A stretch of DNA of 64,000 nt, taken from positions 19,209,642 to 19,273,641 of the forward strand of contig CM119265.1 in the NCBI GenBank assembly GCA_051294375.1. The letters are read 5' to 3'. Position numbers and translations under genes: made by a program. The DNA comes from Paraspadella gotoi. Its lineage: Eukaryota; Animalia; Chaetognatha. This document shows, in pieces, positions 56,140 to 64,000 of the stretch (position 1 is the stretch's first letter; each line of letters opens with the position of its first letter). The notes under the pieces are model-generated. The model saw only the letters and a program-made list of their open reading frames with translations, did no database searches and was not told where the DNA came from.

Positions 56140-56372
56140 CGCTTGATAAAGAAATCTGAGCCAGTTCCTTGCTTCGTGAGCGAAACTTCGAGGGGCTAGG
56201 TCGGAGATGCGAGGTCGGAGATGCGTGATCGGATATTCTAGGTCGGAGATGCCAGGTCGGAGATGCGAAGTCGGAGATGCGAGGTAGAGGTTTCAGGTTT
56301 TCATGTTTCGGATTTCAAGATCAGAGAAAAGTTCGCCTCAGAACGGGAAGCGGATCTGAGATTTAATAAGCG
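56140..56372. repeat. Six 14-bp units (consensus AGGTCGGAGATGCG, 56198-56281) between imperfect inverted repeats of about 45 bp (56140-56188 and 56329-56372); MITE-like
   Basis: The units are directly visible. cgctt..aaatctgag..ttcc..ttcgtgagcgaaactt aligns loosely with the reverse complement of aagttcgcctcagaacgggaagcggatctgagatttaataagcg. Confidence 0.55.
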
Positions 56373-59300
56373 TGAAGGTGACGGATTTTCAAAGTTTTTT
56401 GTTTCAGGACCTCACCTAAACATTTGTGTTGCGTAACATAGTCACATATCTGTAAAGAAATTTTAGTTTTGGGGAAAGTTGTCCAATCCCTTGGGACAAA
56501 CTGTCTCGTCTTCGCTTACAACGTCTCAAACTCCAAAGTCCCGGTTTCTAGCCCCAGTCCACAGTCATCGAAATATTTTTTTTTACTCGGAAAAAGGGTG
56601 GTACATCATATGTTAATAGTTTTTCGTTTATCCGTCCAGGTGTATCACAAGAACACTGTCTTATGATATCGGGTTGTAAAAAATTATTCATATCGGAGAT
56701 ATAAGGCTTTTCTTTTTTTGGAGCTCACTTCTGTTTTTGTTATTTGTAGACATTTTAACGATAAAAACCTAATTTTTTTTTACTCATTGTCTATAACTGG
56801 ATAGTTTGCATGGACTGAATTATAAATTGCTTGAACAGCATGTTACTGTATATAAGTTTTCAAATACTAGCCTAAAGACTATATGGAAGCACGCGGAAGC
56901 ACGGCCATTTCCACTGCATTTAATGATTCATCATATCAGGAAGCTACCATATTTGGCTTTTGTCCGCCATGTCCGGCATGGTTAGTTATAACCAAATGAT
57001 TTTTGAAATAATTTTTTTTACAAAAATTCGATATAACTAATTTATTTTGTACAATATTCTTTTAAAGAAAATTTTTAATTTAAAAAAAAGAAAAAACCTT
57101 AGTTCTTAACTAGGACAATTATAACTCTGAGGAAAAAAAATAAAAAGCAAAAAATGACAAAAGAAGAAAGTTTGGAACTCAAATGATTCGAACAAAGACG
57201 ACGACGACGACGAATATAATAACGAAGACGACGACGAAGTCTTTGTACTTTGTGACCCGTAGTGGTCAGTAAGAATGACCGTTCATATCCAAACAGAATT
57301 ACCTTGTTATGGCTGACCTTTCCAGCCCATGTAAATACGTATTTGTTGTTGTTTTTTTTTTACCTTTTTGATTTTTACTCTGTTTTTAAGTTAATATATG
57401 TTTTTCTCTTCTCACAAAAAACACGTCTCGAATTTTTCTCTTAATTCTTATTTTTGAGTCACTCAATTGGTATTGGCCGACGCTTCTTCTAGACATTTTT
57501 TTTTATCCTTGTTAATGACAATTTTTAGTTTTGTTTACGTTTTCGAACGTATAGTCAACTCAAAACATGGAGTACGTCGGGCAATGAAAAATTTTTGTGG
57601 AAGGAAATTTAAAATAATATTAAAACTAGAAAGCTGTGATGGAAACTAAAACAAATTTAGATACTTGATTAATTCAATACGAAATTAGTGTTTAGAATTG
57701 TCTCTTACTGTTTTTACTAAAAAAAATTGAGGGAAACGATCTAAGAAAACCATGATAGAATTATTTTCTCTTTTACCAAATTTAAAAAATTATACAAACA
57801 TATTTATCATTTTATAAGGTAACGAATAAAGTTTTTTAAATATAACTACTTACAATATAAACAACCTACCAAAAAACAACTAATTGCACTATAGGCATAG
57901 TTTTTCCGAGAAAAAACCTCATTTCGATCACTGTGCAGTCGTACTTTTGTTTTTATTCTACTTAGGACGTCAAATTGAAGAACAGTAAGAAATGAAAGGG
58001 ATGTTCATTGTTCAACGCGAATCGAATTTTTTGTTCGCTTCTTTAAATTTTATGTTTATGAAAAAATTGCAAGATTATATGAAAGAGGATGACTTGTCAT
58101 TATCCCGTATCCTTGATACAAAAAGTGCGAGAGAGAGGCGGAGGCGGTGGGGGAGGCTGACCTGGAGGAGGAGGAGGAGGAGAAGGAGGAGGAGGAAGAG
58201 GTGGAGCCGGAGGCGGTGGTAGAGTCCTTCGAATAGAGAGAGAATTGTTCAAAAACTGAATCGTGTGACGATCAAAGGTTGTGATAAAAAACGCGAGACG
58301 CGGATTCGAATCATCTTTCGATTCACGTGTCAACGCGACGCCCACGTTGAAAGATGCAGGTGTGGATTTTCGATATTCCTTCAAGTGTTGCGCCCACGCC
58401 GTTTAGCTAACCATACGAGGATCGAATATGTTGGTAACGTTTACTTCGTCGACGGTAGATTGGTTGTTTCAATTTAGTCCTCGTTATATTCCAAAACATT
58501 CGGACAGTTTTAACATTTGAACACCAAAGAATCTGACAGTGCGACGCAATCCGACCGCGTTGAGCAATGACTGATATCCTTCTGACAGGAAGGGTATATT
58601 TTCTTTGTATGCCGACTTGTCATTGTCAAAACATCAATAAATGACGCGAGTACCCTGCCTTGTCACGGCTACGTCATCAATCCCTCTCCAAGAAATCATA
58701 CATTAGCCGAACCTTACCTCTTGAGTTTTCTTACCACGATGCCGTCTTTCCGGCGCCGACAAAGCTGTAAGGACGCCAAACGGCGCGCCTCGTAAACCGT
58801 TGTTACGAGGGTCGTTCGGGGCCGTTAATTTACTTTTTTCGGACTCATTTATTCGGACGTTCACATCGACGAAGGCCAAGGAAGACAACGACAACGAAAA
58901 CAACCACAATTCGGCTAGGGGAGAAAGGATTCATTTCTGAGAATTATCTAAATACAATTCTCCTATTACCAGCTAATCATGAACTGTTTACCAAAGTTGT
59001 CAGGCTTTCTTTTTCTTTTTTTTCTTTTTTATTTCTGGATTCTTTCTTTCGTTCCTTCTTTCATTCGTTCTTTCTTTCTTTCGTTCTTTCCTTATAACTT
59101 TCTCTCTTTCTTTTTTTTGTTCTATTTTTTTTTTTTTTTTTTTTTTTTGCTTTCTCCCTTCCTTCTTTCTTTCTTTGTCTTTTTTCTTTGCCTTTAGCTG
59201 CACATAATATTAAATAAATCAATACATCGCATAATCACGTTAGTTAGAGTGACGTTTTTTAGATAAATGAGTCAGTCATAGTGCCCTCAGTAGGTAGTAT

Positions 59301-59779
59301 TCACAAAATTTACACACGCAGCAAGTAGAAGCCAGACTTTAAAGCCCCTTCTCCCTTTGTTTCCTCCCGGACTTCCTCTCTCTCCCTCGCTCTCTCATTC
59401 ACTTCCCCACCGACTCCCTCTCATTCAGTATTAGATTTTAAATTCTGCCTACGCAATAAACTCGTAGTGTATTTCCAAATTTCCGATAAATATCTTGGAC
59501 GGTTGGACCCGCATAAATACATCTCAGACTCTCGGTCATTGTTCGGCTTTAATCCGATAATATCAAATTTTCACGTTCGCTTTCCTCGATTTATTCTACG
59601 CGAATAAAATTTCAATTTCGAAATTTGAGCCAAAAAAAAAAAACCCTAAAAAAAAATCAATTTTAAATCGATAGTTTGCAATCGTCGTGTTGTACGTCCG
59701 TCGTCAACACTCAAGTCTCCGGAACCTTTTTCGTCATCAGTAACAGCGTCCCGGACTCCGTCACCCACCTCGCACGGCG

Positions 59780-59966
59780 ATGGCGACGTTCGTCAATACG
59801 GCGGAGCCTTTCGTATTTTTGGGCGACAGCAAAACTCACCTCAGCGAATCCGGGGCGAAGAACGAAGATTCTGCGTCGCGAGGAAAAACGGAGGAATTCG
59901 GAATGCGAAACTTTTCGGAAAATCGAGACCCGAATTCGGAATCGAGAAGCAAGAGGACCGTCTCGG
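59780..59966 (+). CDS. Exon 1 (cytoplasmic N-terminal tail) of a type II membrane CTLD/SRCR protein
   Basis: ATG in gcgATGG context and a hydrophilic non-repetitive 62-aa frame (MATFVNTAEP...RTVS). The phase-1 donor G|GTGAAT is compatible with exon 2. Confidence 0.6.
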
Positions 59967-60236
59967 GTGAATAGAGTTGAGAGTTAGTGGAAACGCTCGT
60001 CAATGCCCCCTATTCTTTAATAAACAAACGCTTAGATGTTTCAAAATTATTGCTTTTAGCTTACAACCGCTGTATCTCAGGTCATGGATAATTTTTGCTT
60101 GAACCAATGTCATTACGTCAAAGAATTAATTTTTAATGTCTGTCAAATTTGTCTAGTAGTAAATAAATAAAAATAAGAATTTTCCCTATGGGAATGCTAC
60201 AACATTTTAGATACTATTGTCCTTTTTTTTTTACAG

Positions 60237-60353
60237 CTGGCTGTCGCTTGTTCACGCCCACCTCAGGCTGGTTCAAGGTCGTCATGGGTCTCCTTCTGGT
60301 CATCGTGACTTTGGTCGCCTTTCAACTTTTCTCAATGCGGGGAAGTTTACCGG
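60237..60353 (+). CDS. Exon 2 (transmembrane signal-anchor) of the CTLD/SRCR protein
   Basis: Strong acceptor (T)n-ACAG. It encodes AGCRLFTPTSGWFKVVMGLLLVIVTLVAFQLFSMRGSLP and ends in the phase-1 donor G|GTAAAA. The frame is preserved on both sides. Confidence 0.78.
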
Positions 60354-60436
60354 GTAAAATAACTGAAATCTTCCAGTTCTTTTCAGTATGGTACACGCTA
60401 TTATATAAATAATTAAATAGTTTTTATCTTAAAAAG

Positions 60437-62859
60437 CCCACAGCGAGACCAACATGACCAAATTCTTTGAGGAACTCCTCGTCCAATTGAGAAAAGATCG
60501 ATCGGAATATCGAGGGTTTGACGCCGCCGCTTTTTCCTCCGATTTGGAGAAGGTCCGCGCCGAATTGACCCCCGGCCATAAAGACGGAGATAGAGAGGAA
60601 GGCGTCGCCGACAAAAGGATAACCGACACCGGAGACAACCTCGAGAAGCTCCTGTCGTCGGTGGCGATTTTAATGGACCGTCACGTGATCAACGTAGAAT
60701 CGATCCTCCGCCAATTCTTAAAAAGCTTCGACCAAAACGTTAAGAGTTTGAGGGACGACGTCGATTTACGTTTCGAAAAAAAGAACAACTCGTCTCTTGG
60801 TCTCTTGAAAAATTATTTAAATGTTTTCGCGAATCAAAGTTCTCGAAGCTCAAATGAAAAGATATCCATGGATAAGGCGGAAGATTATCTGGCAAAGATT
60901 TTGGGTCAATTGGAAAAGTCTAACGTTGACAACGCTCTGTTGATGACTGATTTTGTTTCCTCTTTTCAAAACGCGACGAAAGCTTTAAGGATGATCGCAG
61001 CTCAAAGATCTTCTGTCCGTCCGTCCACGACGGACATTTCACGTGAACAAATGGACAAATGGATCGGCAACGTGAGTCTGGGCTTCAACGACTTTTTACG
61101 ATTTCTGAAAGAAGTCGAAACAAATGACGGAGATTCCTCAAGCCAAAACAGCAACAACAACAACCACATTTTGCAGCTACGGACTCTTTTAAACATTACC
61201 ATTTCAATGGCCAAAGCGATGGAAGCGCTCTCTGCGAGAGAAAGTTTTCACGACTACAGGAATCCCAAGTTTTCCTGTCCAGACAGATTATACCACGACT
61301 ACACTCACGTCGGTCCTGGCGGCCATTGGTCCAAGTGTTACATGATCCCAAAGGCCGTGGACAAAATGAACAAATCCAACGCACAAAAATTTTGCAAGAG
61401 AATTAAGGGAAGACTCGTGACTTTCGAAAGTAAACTGGAGTTCGATTACTTGAAGACGATCGTTTCGGCGGACAAACGGCCATTCTGGTTGGGAGCGAAA
61501 AGGCCGACCGATCGGGACGGGAGGTGGTATTGGGAAGAATCACCCTTAGCTGACCGCCACGTGGAAGTTGATTTTTGGGACCTGCGAGATGAAAGCTTCG
61601 CTCACTCTTGCGCGGTCCTCAATAGTTTGTGGAAGATGGAAACTCGACCGTGCGAAAGTCTCATGTTTCCCGTTTGCGAAACAAAATCAAAAAATTCCGA
61701 TTGGAACCCGGTGGAAGCGGATGAGATCCGATTCGGTACAGAAATTTGTGACCGTAACGGAAGTTCTTGTTACAGGGCCTCTCTGAATGCGTCCGTTTGG
61801 TCGGTGGCACAAGATAAATGCAACCAACTCGGTGGTCACTTGGTTCACATCAATAGTTTGGAGGAAAGCAACGAATTGCAGAAGTTGAATTTGGATGAGT
61901 TTTGGATTGGAGGTCGCCTTTTGACAGAAAACGAATGGAAATGGATAGGCATCAATACAACCAACAGTATGCAATTTACTGACTGGCGAGAGAGCAAAAG
62001 CGATGTCTATTCAGGGACCCAAAGGTGTCTGAAATACTGGAGCCATACGGAATCGCCGCGAAAATGGAAGATAGAAAAATGTTCGAGTTGGAAAAAGTTT
62101 GTTTGTGAGTTCAACTATAACAACATAACTACTAATACGTTTTTTACTTCTCCGCTGTGCATCAATTTGAGAAACGTGGTTCACGATACCCGAGTTCGCA
62201 TCTCCAAAGTGACCAAATGCTTTTCCTTTGTTCAGAGTCAAATGTTGAAAAATGACGCGTCGAAATTTTGTCGCGAAAAATTCAACGCGTCGCTCGCCAA
62301 ACTTGATGAGATGTTGAAGAACAAAACGGTTTTCTCGGTCGAGTCGAAAAGAATCAGATCAGGCGCTACCTGGTTGACACAGACGGCCGTGGTTCCCGCG
62401 ACTCCTTTAGAAACAGACGCATTACGTTTTGATGGTGCGAGTCGAACGGCGGGAAAAATTGAAGGAAAGTTGAAAATCAACGGTTATCGTCTTTGCAGTA
62501 GTGATTGGGATGAAAACGACGCTAAAGTAGCCTGTAAAGAATTAGGATTGTCCTATATATCTGTTCACTATTCCCAGCATCAATATTCCATGAATTTTCG
62601 CTACCGATTCTCAAATTATGTTTGCACTGGCGATGAAAACTCTCTCTCGGAATGCAGCATGGTTGGTAATTCCTTATATTTTAATAACTACAAATGTATA
62701 ACGAGAAGACTGGCCGGAGCCGCGTGTTCGACGACCATCAACGCCAATGGTTTTCGTGAAACGAACGGAAATTGGGAATTTGTGAATGAAGATGGCGTCG
62801 AAGATTGGGGATGGTTCGTCTGCCAGATGAAGGACGTGGAGAAAGTTACGATCGTTTAG
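60437..62859 (+). CDS. Exon 3 (ectodomain): helical stalk, two C-type lectin-like domains and a third CTLD interrupted by a scavenger receptor cysteine-rich (SRCR) domain; full protein about 908 aa
   Basis: 801-aa complex ORF. CTLD motifs are KCY..FC..GRLVTFES..E..FWLGA..WYW..C..C..PVCE (about 61276-61680) and SCY..W..AQ.KC..GGHLVHINSLEE..FWIGG..WKW..FTDW..C..W..C..FVCE (about 61741-62109). The SRCR motif is LRF.G...G.IE..LC...WDENDAKVACKELG..CTGDE.SL.EC..C..AGAAC (about 62419-62727). The AG at 60435-60436 gives an in-frame phase-1 join. Confidence 0.92.
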
Positions 62860-63438
62860 ACCCAAAACGAATACAAACTTATTTTTTATACAATCTTTTC
62901 TTTTTACTTGTAAATACGTATTTATAAGTATAATTTTTATATCGACTATCTGTTCTATTGAAATGCAAAGAAAATAGAATTGAAATTGGACGGATTTGAG
63001 ATGACTGATGACTCATCAGTGATGAGTAACTGGTCACAAAAGAATTGGAAGTCAGGTTTAGATTTTCGAAAGAAAAATGCCGCAATGATTCAAAAAAATC
63101 AGAGGAAGAAACGAAGGGAATTGGACATTTTTTGACATTTTAACATTACAAGAAACATTTTATTCTCTCCTCAAGTTTTAACGCTTTTATTATGCTTATC
63201 CAGTTTCGTATAATATAAACTATATAAAGAATATATAAACTTGTGAAGGAGACAAGGATTTAAGTCTCACAAACAACGAAATAGCGTCAGAAAGACGCGA
63301 TTAAAAAACGCTGAAATCGTTTTCTTCTTTCTTTTTTCTTTTTTTTTCTTTTTTCATCGCTCCCTCTCTCCAACTAATCGTTCTTCCCTTTTCTTCCGTC
63401 TTTTCCTCCCTTTCCTCCTCCCCTCTCCCGTCCCGAGT

Positions 63439-63473
63439 CAAGATGGCGGCGCTCACAAGGTAACCATGACAAC
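63439..63473 (+). promoter_or_regulatory. YY1-type motif CAAGATGGCGGC with an adjacent RFX X-box-like GTAACCATGACAAC; possibly the first coding micro-exon (MAALT, 63443-63459) of a downstream gene
   Basis: Motifs are seen directly after a pyrimidine-rich tract. ATG GCG GCG CTC ACA AG|GTAACC also reads as a start codon plus splice donor. Confidence 0.4.
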
Positions 63474-64000
63474 AAACCATAAAAGGCGGTAATAAACAAA
63501 TCGTTATCTTCTAATTTAACCAAAAATAGATGGCCTCAAGGTCGCGCCTTGGACGGAAAAGAAGGGGGAGAAGGAGGAGAGACAAAGATGGAGCAGAATC
63601 CTTCATTGTACACGAGAAGAAAAAAATGGTTTCTCGCGAAGAGAAATATTGTTGAGAAAGGGGGAAAAGGAAAAAAAGATAGGGAGAAATGTTCTTCCTC
63701 TCCTATTCATTTTTAATAATAGTTCGGTTTGATTAAGTCTAACGATTTTAAGTTTTAATTTTAAGTTCATTAGCAATTATAATTTTTTCCAGCTCAAGTA
63801 AAGAGGATTTTAAACGAAAACGTTTAAAAGTCTAGGCCATAGCAAAGAAAAAACGAAAAATGGCGATTTCTAATTCGTTGGTAGTAAAAAATAGGTTGAA
63901 GTCATTGCTTTATGAAATCCCAATAATTTTTTTAAGTTGCTGCTTTGTTTTCGAATTATTCAGTTCGAAGAGGAACTATCAATAGATGTCAGAACAGAGC

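Noticed and set aside
56198-56281. CRISPR-like array
   Set aside because: The units are contiguous 14-mers with no unique spacers, there are no cas genes, and the context is eukaryotic.
60441-60443. Alternative exon-3 acceptor CAG at 60443
   Set aside because: It is out of phase with the exon-2 donor; the AG at 60435-60436 preserves the frame.
60429-62865. Several short antisense and alternative-frame ORFs overlapping the lectin gene
   Set aside because: They are shadow ORFs of a real coding exon with no independent signal.

Overview
Eukaryotic, most likely invertebrate animal, draft-scaffold sequence. It is AT-rich, dense in (GA)n, (GAC)n, (GGAA)n and (ATT)n microsatellites, and broken by many N gaps. 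About the first 42.5 kb is not independent sequence. It is a mosaic of the same 15-20 kb present two to four times in direct and inverted orientation, some copies clean and others full of 1-bp indels, as expected from gap filling with uncorrected long reads. Nearly all ORFs in the supplied track there are low-complexity or N-spanning artefacts. The one well-supported gene lies near the end: three exons (59780-59966, 60237-60353, 60437-62859, + strand, about 908 aa) encoding a type II membrane protein with a helical stalk, two C-type lectin-like domains (CTLDs), and a third CTLD that appears split by an inserted 6-Cys SRCR domain. This nested architecture is the most interesting biological signal. 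Also present are a TTAA-flanked 1.2-kb non-autonomous DNA transposon candidate, two DINE-1/HINE-like elements in opposite orientation, a small inverted-repeat-bounded 14-bp array and several promoter-like motif clusters. I found no rRNA, tRNA, CRISPR array or prokaryotic-type system. All alignments were made by eye, so the boundaries of noisy copies are approximate.
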